Source: Candidatus Methanomethylicaceae archaeon (lineage in GTDB: Archaea > Thermoproteota > Methanomethylicia > Methanomethylicales > Methanomethylicaceae). Taken from it: a stretch of 64,000 bases of DNA. The first letter of the stretch is position 1, and each line of letters starts with the position of its first letter. Where the stretch lies: contig JAOAJN010000007.1 of the NCBI GenBank assembly GCA_026414165.1, forward strand, positions 7,391-71,390. The letters are read 5' to 3'. The notes beneath the pieces were generated by a model. The model was not told the origin of the DNA and did not search any database. It saw only the letters and a program-made list of their open reading frames with translations. Below are positions 1 to 9,205 of this stretch, piece after piece. The position numbers were made by a program, and so were the translations under genes.

Positions 1-612
1 TATAGAAGACCTTGCCAAGGATTCCTCCACGAACTCGGGAGGTAGGTTGTAGTGCCTAGTCAGGGATCGGATAATGCTGACCTTCTGCGAGCGGATCTCG
101 TCGATCTTTGGTTCGCTATAGACGCTCGCGCCCCTTACGGGAGGAGGTTGATATATTGCTCCGGTTCTGATAGTCCTGTCGCGCATCGTCTTCTGGTGGA
201 GCGCGTAAAGGATCTTTCCAGACTCGTCTGTGATTATTATGTTGCCCTCGCCCAGAAGTTCGAAATAGACATTCAAGAGCCTTCCTGATCTCTCCAAAGT
301 AAAGCGGGCTATCCTATCCAGATCCACTTGTTCAATTGACTTTATGATGGCGTTTGAGATTAGGCGCCTCATGTTCATCGCATGTGAGGAGGGGCTCGCT
401 GGAAGCGGATATTTGAAGGTGGTGATGTTCAGGCGTTTGCCAGGCTCCAACAGTAGGTCGAGGTTGCCGCCAGAGGTGTGAATGCGGAATAAAAAGCCCC
501 AGTCATCCAGGTTGTAAACGTTCTCGATGCGAGTGCTTATAAGAATGGACTTCAGTTCTCTTAAGATAGCGAGGAGGTCGATAGATGTCAGGGAAAGTTT
601 CAGAGAGACCAA
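1..612 (-). CDS. NFACT-family protein (Rqc2/NEMF/FbpA-like), N-terminal part; gene continues beyond the left edge
   Basis: Not in the ORF track because it runs off the window. Hand translation of the minus strand gives ...LTSIDLLAILRELKSILISTRIENVYNLDDWGFLFRIHTSGGNLDLLLEPGKRLNITTFKYP...LDRIARFTLERSGRLLNVYFELLGEGNIIITDESGKILYAL..., which has the layout of an NFACT-N domain. There is no in-frame ATG. TTG (612, 630) and GTG (621) are the only start candidates. Confidence 0.6.
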   Translation of the reverse strand, partial: MVSLKLSLTSIDLLAILRELKSILISTRIENVYNLDDWGFLFRIHTSGGNLDLLLEPGKRLNITTFKYPLPASPSSHAMNMRRLISNAIIKSIEQVDLDRIARFTLERSGRLLNVYFELLGEGNIIITDESGKILYALHQKTMRDRTIRTGAIYQPPPVRGASVYSEPKIDEIRSQKVSIIRSLTRHYNLPPEFVEESLARSSI

Positions 613-641
613 CGGCCGCACCGCAACCAATTTACAGAAAA

Positions 642-887
642 ATGTACTATATAAGGGTGGCATTTGCGTTCGTGGCAGGGCTAATATGCGGATTGTTGAA
701 TGTTGTGGGCGTTTTGGGTCTCGCTATAGGCATAGGCGTTTTTATTTTGACCTATCTGCTGTTCAGGTATGGGATAAAGAGCATCTCTGAGTCTGTAAAG
801 GACACGAAGAAGTTCTACATGACGGGGATATTCTCATATTTCCTCATTTGGTATGTGATCTGGGTGCTCTTCTTCAACATCACGTGA
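642..887 (+). CDS. small integral membrane protein (2-3 predicted TM helices), function unknown
   Basis: ORF 585..887. The hydrophobic stretches VAFAFVAGLICGLLNVVGVLGLAIGIGVFILTYLLF and GIFSYFLIWYVIWVLFF suggest TM helices. I prefer the internal ATG at 642 (MYYIRV) because it avoids overlap with the divergent NFACT gene start. Confidence 0.4.
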   Translation: MYYIRVAFAFVAGLICGLLNVVGVLGLAIGIGVFILTYLLFRYGIKSISESVKDTKKFYMTGIFSYFLIWYVIWVLFFNIT

Positions 888-1003
888 ATGACCTAAACGC
901 AAACTTGTTTTGATCCTATTTTATTCGCCTCTGTTTCGATCCGTTCTTGATTTAATCAATACTGTTGTTTTTCTCCGTGTTCTAGATTTAGCCTATTGTT
1001 GTT

Positions 1004-1507
1004 TTACTCCTTGTTTTTGTTCTTGTTCTTGCTCTTTTCCTTGGCTTTCTTCCTCGGGGCAACCTCGAACATCTCCTCACTCTTAGCCTCTGGGGCTTGT
1101 GGCTGCTCGTCCTTAAGTGGGTAGTCAGGATACTCCTCCTTTAGGGATGAGAGAGTCCTGAGCATTATCTCCCAGCACATTAGGAAACCACGCTCATAGT
1201 CGTCGGCGGTTGATCTGAATGCCTCGTTCTTGAATTTCTCAGCCATTTTTAGGATCTCTTTGGGGTCACCGTGGCGGTAAAGCTTCATGAAGAATGAGGT
1301 CTTGTCCTTCTCCTTTGCGGCTACGTATACTCCCCTCATGGCATCGAAGAAGCCCCGACCGATCTCTCCTAGCGGGAGGAGTTTGTTCTTTATGGGGCTC
1401 AGCTCCTGCTCAGCCCTCGCCAAACTCTTGAAGTAAACATACCGGACTATCTGGGAGGCGTCCGGAGCGAACTTTCTCAGCAAATCATATGTAGACATTT
1501 GCAACAT
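1004..1507 (-). CDS. hypothetical protein with Lys-rich C-terminal tail
   Basis: 167-aa ORF with no competing ORF. The tail reads KKAKEKSKNKNKNKE. I recognise no family. Confidence 0.5.
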   Translation of the reverse strand: MLQMSTYDLLRKFAPDASQIVRYVYFKSLARAEQELSPIKNKLLPLGEIGRGFFDAMRGVYVAAKEKDKTSFFMKLYRHGDPKEILKMAEKFKNEAFRSTADDYERGFLMCWEIMLRTLSSLKEEYPDYPLKDEQPQAPEAKSEEMFEVAPRKKAKEKSKNKNKNKE

Positions 1508-1559
1508 CCTACAGGATTCTTTATCTAATACTTTCTACTTATGAAACCTCCGATGGGAG

Positions 1560-2405
1560 ATGCGGATCGAGGATCTAGTGGAGGCAATAAGAGTACTGGA
1601 GACAGATCTGCCAGCTGATGTTGAGGGCAGACTGAAGGGTATCCGAGATAGGGAGAGCGGGATATGTAAGACTGTGATGGAGGCGATATTGGAGAATGTT
1701 CGCTATGCGAGGGAGAGAGGTGTCCCCATGTGCCAAGACACCGGAATACTCGAATTTTTCGTCAGGTGTGCTCATGGGCACGAAGAGATAAGGGATAAGA
1801 TAGCGGAGGCGGTGAGGAGGGCTACCCATGAAGTTCCATTGAGGACAAATACAGTAAACCCTTTCACGAGGGAGAATGAGGGGGCGAATCTGGGCAGGTT
1901 TCAACCGATAGTTCATTTCGAGGGAAGGGCTAAGGATGAAAATTCTATAGAGATGAGTATAATCGCAAAGGGTGCGGGTTCGGAGAATGTAAGTGCCTCT
2001 TTCATGCTGGACCCCATGCAAGGGGTGGAGGGTGTAAAGAGGGCAGTCGTGCAGGCTGTGCAGCGGGCGGGGGCTAAGCCGTGCCCCCCTGTGGTTGTGG
2101 GGGTTGGCGTCGGAGGCAATCTAGAAAGATCGGCGCACTTTGCGAAGAAAGCACTGCTGAGACCATTAGACGAAGAGAACCCTAACAGGGATTTGGCGGA
2201 ACTGGAGGAGGAACTGGTGGAGAGGGTGAACGCTCTGGGAATAGGACCGATGGGGCTCGGAGGGGACAACACGACCATAGGCGTACTAGTTGAGTGGGGG
2301 CATTGCCACACGGCGAGCCTACCAGTCTCCGTGAATATCCAGTGTTGGGCTTTGAGGAGGATATCATTGGAGTGGCGGTGCGGAGAGTTCAGGATCTTGA
2401 GGTGA
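1560..2405 (+). CDS. Fe-S type hydro-lyase alpha subunit (class I fumarate hydratase / tartrate dehydratase alpha)
   Basis: CQDTG motif in MCQDTGILEF, plus IAKGAGSEN and GVGVGG. It is followed 4 nt later by the matching beta subunit. Confidence 0.85.
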   Translation: MRIEDLVEAIRVLETDLPADVEGRLKGIRDRESGICKTVMEAILENVRYARERGVPMCQDTGILEFFVRCAHGHEEIRDKIAEAVRRATHEVPLRTNTVNPFTRENEGANLGRFQPIVHFEGRAKDENSIEMSIIAKGAGSENVSASFMLDPMQGVEGVKRAVVQAVQRAGAKPCPPVVVGVGVGGNLERSAHFAKKALLRPLDEENPNRDLAELEEELVERVNALGIGPMGLGGDNTTIGVLVEWGHCHTASLPVSVNIQCWALRRISLEWRCGEFRILR

Positions 2406-2409
2406 GGTT

Positions 2410-2991
2410 ATGGAGGTAAAGATGCCAGACTTGTGCTCAAGCATTTTCAAATTGAAGACGCCATTAAGTGAAGAAGACTCGATGTCGCTTAACGTGGGCG
2501 ACATAGTCTACCTCTCAGGAATCCTCTACACTATGCGAGATATGGCACACGTCAGGGCTCTGGAGTTGCTGAGGAGGAGGGATAAGTTACCATTCGACCT
2601 GAGGGGTGAGGTGATATACCACTGTGGACCGCTTTTAAAGGTAGGGGAGGTGATATCTGCAGGACCCACGACCAGCATGAGGATAGAGGGGATGGAGGCG
2701 GAGCTAATAGAGCTTACTGGGCTGAGGGGCATAGTCGGGAAGGGGGGTATGGGCGAGAGGACGGCAGGGGCTCTTAGGAGGTTTGGGGCAGTCTATATGG
2801 AGTTTCCAGGCGGCGCGGGAGCCCTAGCGGCTAAAGCGATTAAGAGAGTAAGGGATGTTTACTGGAGGGATCTTGGCGACCCGGAGGCGGTCTGGGTATT
2901 GGAAGTTGAAGACTTTGGACCATGTATTGTCACTATGGATTCAAAGGGAGGAAACTTCAGAACGATGAGGGGTGCCAAAACATCAAAATGA
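2410..2991 (+). CDS. Fe-S type hydro-lyase beta subunit (class I fumarate hydratase / tartrate dehydratase beta)
   Basis: GPTTSMR motif, GKGGMG, and the typical ~190 aa length. Adjacent to the alpha subunit. Confidence 0.85.
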   Translation: MEVKMPDLCSSIFKLKTPLSEEDSMSLNVGDIVYLSGILYTMRDMAHVRALELLRRRDKLPFDLRGEVIYHCGPLLKVGEVISAGPTTSMRIEGMEAELIELTGLRGIVGKGGMGERTAGALRRFGAVYMEFPGGAGALAAKAIKRVRDVYWRDLGDPEAVWVLEVEDFGPCIVTMDSKGGNFRTMRGAKTSK

Positions 2992-3415
2992 GCTTATAAG
3001 CACTTTGGTGAGTTAGAAAAAGGTTCAATTAAAAGTTTCAGTTCCATATGAAATTGCTGAAAAGTTAAGACAGTTTCTAAAGGAGAAGGGTTGCTTGGAA
3101 ACCAAGGCATAACTCTTTCAATAATCTCTTCAGAGGAGGGCGACGAGATTAGGAAAAATGGGAATGAAATGAGGGCGGAGGTTGCCCAAAAACTGTGGCG
3201 AGGGCGTTTATTAAGAATGTTCAAAACTTATGAGTGCTTATGGAAAACAAGGCCACGGTCATGAGGTTTTCCAGTATGCTGCAGAAAAATAGAATTTTGG
3301 AAATATTTGAAAATTAAGAGTTGCAAAAATATCTCAATATAACTGGGATTGCTGGAACAGTTGTCAATGGATGTGCGCTATAGAAAGCATGTTTTTGGAG
3401 AGTGCCTTTAGATTC

Positions 3416-3487
3416 TTAGATGTTGGTGTGGGCGTAGGTGCAGGTGCAGATGCAGGTGTAGGTTTAGATGTAAATTTAGATGTTGCA
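3416..3487. repeat. 12 consecutive degenerate hexamers (ttagat gttggt gtgggc gtaggt gcaggt gcagat gcaggt gtaggt ttagat gtaaat ttagat gttgca)
   Basis: Read directly from the sequence. The plus strand is nearly free of C here (one C in most units). It lies in the 580-bp non-coding spacer between the hydro-lyase beta gene and the AOR-HPS gene. Confidence 0.8.
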
Positions 3488-3573
3488 ATAGGGATTCGAG
3501 GAGATGAAAACCGGAATTTTGCGGCTTGGGGCAATATTGAAATGCAGGAAAAAGAGGGGTTATTGTTTCCTCG

Positions 3574-6072
3574 TTACGACTTTTGCTGGTTCCAAGTGGT
3601 CCTTATCAAGTTCACAAACCTTCTCGTTGCCTCTTCAGGATTTGCGGACTTCGTTATCGCGCCGCCTACTATCAGGATTTTTGCACCAGCATTCACCATC
3701 AGCGGGACTACTTCAAGCTTTATACCACCAGCCACCGCCACTGGTATTTTTACTGACTTAACCAAGTTCTCGACGAGGGCTATTTTTTGATCGATCTCGC
3801 GCTCCCTTGTCTGGGCGCTTATACCTACATGCATGCAGACTATGTCCACGCCCAGCTTCTCGACCTCCATAGCCCTGCTGATCGGGTCCTTCAAGTTCAT
3901 TAAATCCACCATCACCTTCACGCCGTACTTCCGAGCCGCTCCGACGGCATCCTTTATTGTGTAGTCGTCAGTTGCACCCATAACCGTAACAATGTCGGCG
4001 CCGTTCTCCACAGCCAACTCGGTCTCGAGCCATCCTGTGTCAAAAGTCTTCAAATCAGCTATTATAGTGGCGTTAGGGCAGATCCTGCGGAATTCCTTGA
4101 CCGCTCTTAGCCCCTCGGACTTTATCAGCGGAGTGCCAGCCTCAATTATGTCGGCTCCTCCGCGGTACGAGGCTTCTGCTATAGGTAGTGCATCCTTTAG
4201 GTATCGTTCATCGACGGCTACTTGGAGTTTAGGACCTTCGTAAAGTGGCTTCAGACCCAACTGTGACACCTTCTTATCCGTGGGTATTCCGTTATAGTCC
4301 CAACCTCTTACAGCATAATACTCATTTAATAACCTATCCATATCGACGGTCTCGCCCTTTGCTGGACCCTCTGGCATGGGCACTTCAAGTAAGCGCCTCG
4401 GGAGATAATCATCCTTCCTAGAGAAGCCCTCCCTGACGTTGAAGAGTCGCTCTAGATTATAGATCCTCTCGCCGATCTTGTAGAACTCCTCACGGTCGAC
4501 ATAGAAGCCCGTCGCGGTGGTCAGGAGGCGTGCGTAGAAGTCTGGCTCGAACAATAATGTGGAAAAAAGCGCCAAGGTCGTGTACTTGCATAAAACTAGA
4601 GAGTCAAGTACGGCGAATACATCCTGCATAACTTTTGTCAGGGCGGCTTTGTTATCGTAGGCGTTGGGGTTTAGGTACCTAGGAAGGCTCAGGATCTCGG
4701 GGGCTATCATAAAAGCCCTGAGGTGGCAGCCGCCCCTGTTTGATGTGGCATAGGCCAGAGCCATACCCTTAGCGCCCCTTGGGTCGTACGCAGGAAGCTC
4801 CAGCCCCTTCACATGCATGGCGTACTCCTCTCCGCCCAATTTGGCGGCAGCTCTCTTGGTCCCCTCTGCCAAGATGTCACCTATGCCCTGCCTGAAGGCA
4901 GTCATAGTAATCAGCTTCTGGAGAGCCTCGGTGTTGCCGAACTTTGGGGCAAAGCCTATATCATCGGACTTCACCTTGCTGTTCTCGAAGCATGCCATGA
5001 GATACCCTATAACCTGCCCCATGGATATGGTGTCTATACCGTAACGGTTGCACAGATCGTTCGCGTAAGCTATAGCCTCTATGTCGTTGATCCCGCAGTT
5101 AGGTCCCAAAGACCATATGGTCTCGTACTCTGGACCTTCGGATTCCACGATCTCGCCCGAAGGGAGCTTAACCTTGGTGACCCTCCCACACATTATTGGG
5201 CATGCAAAGCATCCCTTCTTGCCCTTAAGGATGGTCTTTGCCATATACTCGCCGCTCACCCTCTCAGCATCATCGAATACGCCGGTGCTGTAGTTCCTAA
5301 CGGGGAATATGCCAGCTTTGTTTATGATATGCACAAGCACTGCTGTGCCGTACCTGCCTAAGCCGTCCCCGGTGACCGGGTGACCCTTGAGGACCTCTAT
5401 GGAATGCCTTACCTCTTTCATAAAGGCGTACCGGTTGGCGAGTGGGATCTCGCCAGAGCCCTTCACCACAATTGCTTTCAGCTTCTTGGACCCCATTACG
5501 GCACCCACACCGCCCCTAGCGGCGGTCCTGTGCTTCTCGTTCATTATCGCCGCGATCTTTACGAGGCGTTCGCCGGCAGGTCCTATGCAGGCAACCCTCG
5601 CGAACTGGTCATTGACGATTTGCTTGAGTCGGGATTCGGTCTCGAAGACATCCAGCCCCCATAGATCAGAAGCGTCCCGAAGTTCTGCCTTGCCTTTCAT
5701 AATTGAAAGGTAAACAGGGGTCTCGCTGGCACCTTCGAATATTATGCCATCAAAACCCGACCTCTTCAGTTCTACGCCAAAATGACCACCGCTGTTGGCG
5801 TCGAATATAGTTCCGGTGGCGGGAGATTTCGTAGAGACAGAGTATCTTCCTGACGTGGGTGCCGCCGTACCCGTGAGTGGACCAGTCATGAAGATGAGTT
5901 TGTTGGCAGGACTCAACGGGTCTATCCCTACAGGAAGCTCATCGAAAAGGATCTTTGCTCCATAGCCCCTTCCGCCTATAAATGAGTATGCTATATCCAT
6001 ATCGAGATCTTCAACGGAGATCTCTCTGGACGATAGGTCTACTCTGAGTATTTTACCCATGTAGCCGCCCAT
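3574..6072 (-). CDS. AOR-family tungsto/molybdopterin aldehyde:ferredoxin oxidoreductase fused to a C-terminal 3-hexulose-6-phosphate synthase (HPS) domain
   Basis: 832 aa. The AOR part (about 4234..6072) has MGKILRVDLSSREISVEDL, the CxxCxxxC cluster motif CFACPIMC, and SNRGGCHLR. The HPS part (about 3577..4233) has LQVAVDE, IIEAGTPLIK, IADLKTFDTG, VTVMG and VAVAGGI. The frame is uninterrupted across the junction. Confidence 0.85.
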   Translation of the reverse strand: MGGYMGKILRVDLSSREISVEDLDMDIAYSFIGGRGYGAKILFDELPVGIDPLSPANKLIFMTGPLTGTAAPTSGRYSVSTKSPATGTIFDANSGGHFGVELKRSGFDGIIFEGASETPVYLSIMKGKAELRDASDLWGLDVFETESRLKQIVNDQFARVACIGPAGERLVKIAAIMNEKHRTAARGGVGAVMGSKKLKAIVVKGSGEIPLANRYAFMKEVRHSIEVLKGHPVTGDGLGRYGTAVLVHIINKAGIFPVRNYSTGVFDDAERVSGEYMAKTILKGKKGCFACPIMCGRVTKVKLPSGEIVESEGPEYETIWSLGPNCGINDIEAIAYANDLCNRYGIDTISMGQVIGYLMACFENSKVKSDDIGFAPKFGNTEALQKLITMTAFRQGIGDILAEGTKRAAAKLGGEEYAMHVKGLELPAYDPRGAKGMALAYATSNRGGCHLRAFMIAPEILSLPRYLNPNAYDNKAALTKVMQDVFAVLDSLVLCKYTTLALFSTLLFEPDFYARLLTTATGFYVDREEFYKIGERIYNLERLFNVREGFSRKDDYLPRRLLEVPMPEGPAKGETVDMDRLLNEYYAVRGWDYNGIPTDKKVSQLGLKPLYEGPKLQVAVDERYLKDALPIAEASYRGGADIIEAGTPLIKSEGLRAVKEFRRICPNATIIADLKTFDTGWLETELAVENGADIVTVMGATDDYTIKDAVGAARKYGVKVMVDLMNLKDPISRAMEVEKLGVDIVCMHVGISAQTREREIDQKIALVENLVKSVKIPVAVAGGIKLEVVPLMVNAGAKILIVGGAITKSANPEEATRRFVNLIRTTWNQQKS

Positions 6073-6220
6073 GAGGTTCCCTCTGCACTACTCGTAAAAT
6101 ACGAAGTATACTTATACTTGTCGAAATGTGCTTTATTGTTTAGTCTTATTTATAAGGTGCAAAATAAGAATAAGGGTAAATGAAAAGAGTGTAGTAAGAT
6201 AAAATTGTAGGTGAGGACTT

Positions 6221-6496
6221 TTGGCGATAAAGGTAGAGTTCTTCGCTACGCTGAGGGAGGTTCTGGGAACAAATTCCGTAGAACTAGACTATGCGGTCAC
6301 TGTGGGCGATTTGATTAATATGTTAATAGAGAGGTTCGGGCAGGCTTTCAGGGAGGCGGTGATGGAAGGTAGTAGGATCAAGGAGATGGTTAAGATTTTA
6401 GTAAATGGCAGGGACATAAGGGAGCGGGGAGGGCTCGAGACAGAATTAAGGGACGGAGACTGTGTCTCAATATTTCCGCCTGTTGCTGGCGGATGA
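6221..6496 (+). CDS. MoaD/ThiS-family ubiquitin-like sulfur carrier (C-terminal GG)
   Basis: 91 aa ending in FPPVAGG, with FFATLRE at the N-terminus. TTG start with a GGTGAGG Shine-Dalgarno-like element about 5 nt upstream. Divergent from the pterin-dependent AOR gene. Confidence 0.75.
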   Translation: MAIKVEFFATLREVLGTNSVELDYAVTVGDLINMLIERFGQAFREAVMEGSRIKEMVKILVNGRDIRERGGLETELRDGDCVSIFPPVAGG

Positions 6497-6589
6497 TTCT
6501 TTTACAATTTTATAAAAAACTGAGCACCGATCCCTAATGAAGTATATAGAAAAAAATGAAAGGGTTTATCCTTTAACGACTAAATTAGG

Positions 6590-6871
6590 TCATTCCTGTT
6601 TCTTTCCCGGTTTCCCAGAGAGCTTGATCTCTATTATGGAAACGTTCTTCGGCGGGTCTCCGACCGTCTCTGTACCTATGCTGACGGACTTGACGACAGC
6701 GTTGCCGCTGAGAAATCTCTTTGAGACCACCTCTGCAACGTCAACAGCACGCGAGATTGCCCTTCCTCTAGCTTTTATGGTTATTGTTCCGCTGTTAGTG
6801 AGCTGCATCAGCGCCGCCATGGCATAGCTCATCACAGGTTTCTTTCCAACCAAAATAACGTCCTTCGGCAT
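6590..6871 (-). CDS. albA: DNA/RNA-binding protein Alba
   Basis: VILVGKKPVMSYAMAALMQL...ITIKARGRAISRAVDVAEVV...VSIIEIKL. I chose the internal ATG at 6871 (MPKDVILVGKK), which gives the usual ~93 aa. Confidence 0.85.
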   Translation of the reverse strand: MPKDVILVGKKPVMSYAMAALMQLTNSGTITIKARGRAISRAVDVAEVVSKRFLSGNAVVKSVSIGTETVGDPPKNVSIIEIKLSGKPGKKQE

Positions 6872-6995
6872 TGTTGGTTTTTCAGCGGATTGTGCCTCAG
6901 TCTTTTGTGCTTCTGCCAAAAAGCTCCCCCCGATAGCAATGATTTGCAACGAATAGTTAATTAAATTTCATAATTTTAAGTTTTTTGAGAGTGGT

Positions 6996-7547
6996 ATGGG
7001 AAAATTGGAATTGTTAAGGGACTACAATGCGACGGCTCACCTTTACGACAAGAGGTACAGGGACGAGCAGATCCCAAAGATCAACTTTCTACTGGATAAG
7101 CTTAGACCGAAAGAAGGCGACATCCTGTTGGATGTTGGATGCGGCACAGGTCTGCTGTTTGAGAGGGTAAGTTGCAGGCTGATTTTAGGAGTGGACATAT
7201 CTATAAACATGCTTAGGGAGGCTAAGAAGAGAGCGAGGGAGGGCGCAGGATCAAAACAAAATCCTTTTGGGAAAATTAAAGATGTTGAGCTCATACTCGC
7301 CGATGCGGAATTTCTGCCCATAAGGAGCGGGAGCATGGATATAGTTGTAAGCATCACCGCCCTCCAGTTGGCGGGGGATCAAGATAGGGCGATCTACGAG
7401 ATGTTGAGGGTTCTCAAGGATCAAGGATCTTTTGGAATCAGCATTATAAAAAAAGCGAGTATTCCGAAGGGGTTGCCAAATGGGACGGAAGTATATGATA
7501 TGGAGGAGATTAAGGACGTTTTTTGTGTGGGTAGGAAGGAGCGCTAA
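6996..7547 (+). CDS. class I SAM-dependent methyltransferase
   Basis: Motif I LLDVGCGTGL, followed downstream by the acidic DAEFLP and DIVVS motifs. Confidence 0.7.
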   Translation: MGKLELLRDYNATAHLYDKRYRDEQIPKINFLLDKLRPKEGDILLDVGCGTGLLFERVSCRLILGVDISINMLREAKKRAREGAGSKQNPFGKIKDVELILADAEFLPIRSGSMDIVVSITALQLAGDQDRAIYEMLRVLKDQGSFGISIIKKASIPKGLPNGTEVYDMEEIKDVFCVGRKER

Positions 7548-7644
7548 GTCGTGGAGGCTTGATACATAGAGGGGCAGCGCCTTATAAAGCCCTGCGACAG
7601 GTTTTTATAATAAATGATCTTGATGATAACAACGGTGTAAATAG

Positions 7645-7872
7645 ATGCCTAGTGAGCCGTTGAGGCTTCTGAACAAAGCCCTGCACAACCAGATATTGGT
7701 AAAGCTGAAGGACGGGCACGAATACATTGGCAACTTGGTGAAGTACGACCAGACCATGAACTTAATACTTGTTGATGCTGTCGAGGCGGTAGATGACGGC
7801 AACCCGGTTGCTAAGTACGGCAAGATCTTGGTCAGGGGAAACAACATCCTATACATAAGAACCAGTGCATGA
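7645..7872 (+). CDS. Sm-like archaeal protein (LSm/SmAP)
   Basis: 75 aa. Sm1 motif: ILVKLKDGHEYIGNLVKYDQTMNLILVDAVE. Sm2 motif: ILVRGNNILYI. Confidence 0.85.
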   Translation: MPSEPLRLLNKALHNQILVKLKDGHEYIGNLVKYDQTMNLILVDAVEAVDDGNPVAKYGKILVRGNNILYIRTSA

Positions 7873-7987
7873 GGGCTTTGTCAAAAGAACCAGAACATTA
7901 AATATTACTCTTAGTAATAATAGTGGAGCAAGGATAACAATAAATAGTAATTGTGAATATTTACCAAATGGCAAGGCGGTGGCATGA

Positions 7988-9205
7988 TTGGTCAGCAGAA
8001 ATGTCGTCGTTGAGAGGCTCAAACAGCAGCCTGTCGAGTCGCACAGTGTAGAATTTGTGGAGAGGAAGGGTCTAGGGCATCCCGACTACATAGCGGACAG
8101 CCTTTCGGAGGAGTTCAGCCTCCAGCTCTGCAAGGTCTACAAGGAGAGGTTCGGTCAGATACTGCACCATAATGTGGACAAGGTACTATTGGTTGGAGGG
8201 CAGGCAAACGTCACATTCGGCGGGGGCGAGGTCCTGACCCCCATATACATCTTGATGTCGGGGAGGGCTACCACAGAAGTATCGAACAATGGTGTAAAGG
8301 AGTATATTCCGGTCGGAAGGGTTGCAGTGGAGTCGGCTAAGAACTGGATCAGAGGGAATATACGTTTCCTAGACCCGGAGAGCCATGTGATCGTCGATCA
8401 TAGGGTTGGGAAGGGCTCGGCAGACCTTGTATGCAATTATGAGTCGAGGAAGCAGAACAGATGTTCAAATGACACTTCATTTGGCGTGGCTTACGCACCG
8501 CTGGACTCTCTAGAGAAGGTAGTTTATGAGACGGAAAGGTTCGTGAACTCGCCCTATATGAGAAAGAGGCTTCCGGAGGTCGGCGAGGACGTCAAGGTTA
8601 TGGGGCTGAGGAGCGGCAGGGAGATAAAACTAACACTTGCGGTGGCGATGGTCTCAAAGCTAATACCAGACTTAGACCACTACATATCTGTAAAGGAGCA
8701 GCTCAAGAGGGAGCTGGAGGACTTCGTCGTTAAGAAGAGCGAATTGCCAGTTGAGGTCTACCTGAACAACGCCGACAGACCTGATTTGGGCATTGTCTAC
8801 ATAACTGTGACGGGGACCTCTGCGGAGATGGGCGACGACGGTGAGACAGGCAGGGGCAATAGGGTCAACGGACTGATAACCCCATCAAGACCTATGTCGC
8901 TTGAGGCGACTGCGGGAAAGAACCCTGTGAGTCACATAGGTAAGATCTACAACGTTGTGGCGGGAATAATAGCTAACAAGGTAGCTGAATTGAAAGGCGT
9001 TAGGGAGGCTTACGTGAAGATCGTAAGCCAGATAGGAAGACCCATAGACGACCCTCACATGGCCAACGTTCAGTTACTGCTCGATGAAGAGAGGGGTTTG
9101 ACGGCTGGGCTCCAAGGCGAGATCGAAGCCATAGTGAATGAAGAGTTTGATCAAATAGAGAAAATAACGGATGGCATACTCGAGAGGAGATTCACGCTTT
9201 ATTGA
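7988..9205 (+). CDS. mat: archaeal-type S-adenosylmethionine synthetase
   Basis: [18 protein letters not shown] near the N-terminus and ~400 aa length, as in archaeal MAT. TTG start in the ORF track. Confidence 0.9.
   Translation: MVSRNVVVERLKQQPVESHSVEFVERKGLGHPDYIADSLSEEFSLQLCKVYKERFGQILHHNVDKVLLVGGQANVTFGGGEVLTPIYILMSGRATTEVSNNGVKEYIPVGRVAVESAKNWIRGNIRFLDPESHVIVDHRVGKGSADLVCNYESRKQNRCSNDTSFGVAYAPLDSLEKVVYETERFVNSPYMRKRLPEVGEDVKVMGLRSGREIKLTLAVAMVSKLIPDLDHYISVKEQLKRELEDFVVKKSELPVEVYLNNADRPDLGIVYITVTGTSAEMGDDGETGRGNRVNGLITPSRPMSLEATAGKNPVSHIGKIYNVVAGIIANKVAELKGVREAYVKIVSQIGRPIDDPHMANVQLLLDEERGLTAGLQGEIEAIVNEEFDQIEKITDGILERRFTLY

Noticed and set aside
52-288. 78-aa plus-strand ORF at the left edge
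   Set aside because: It lies antisense to the well-supported NFACT-domain reading frame and has no recognisable motifs.
2994-3224. 76-aa minus-strand ORF in the long spacer
   Set aside because: Its S/P/F-rich composition has no recognisable motifs. There is no ribosome-binding site or promoter context. It overlaps the start-less RHH-like frame on the other strand, so it is probably a chance ORF.
3371-3790. 139-aa and 85-aa plus-strand ORFs (DVGVGVGAGADAGVGLDV...)
   Set aside because: The Gly/Val/Ala/Asp run is just the translated hexamer repeat. The rest is antisense to the 3' end of the AOR-HPS gene.
4813-5361. Long antisense ORFs inside strongly supported genes. Examples: 4813-5361 in AOR, 1575-2021 in the hydro-lyase, 18772-19317 in the CoA-transferase, 41594-42115 in proS, 47922-48401 in nop5, 53001-53498 in hypE
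   Set aside because: Each is antisense to a gene with clear family motifs. Their products are low-complexity and S/P/L-rich with no motifs. Such shadow ORFs are expected opposite genes with strong codon periodicity.
7620-7672. TTGATGA ... CTGA pair upstream of and overlapping the Sm-like gene start, considered as a C/D box sRNA
   Set aside because: There are no D'/C' boxes at proper spacing, the C-D distance is wrong, and the element would overlap the Sm CDS start.
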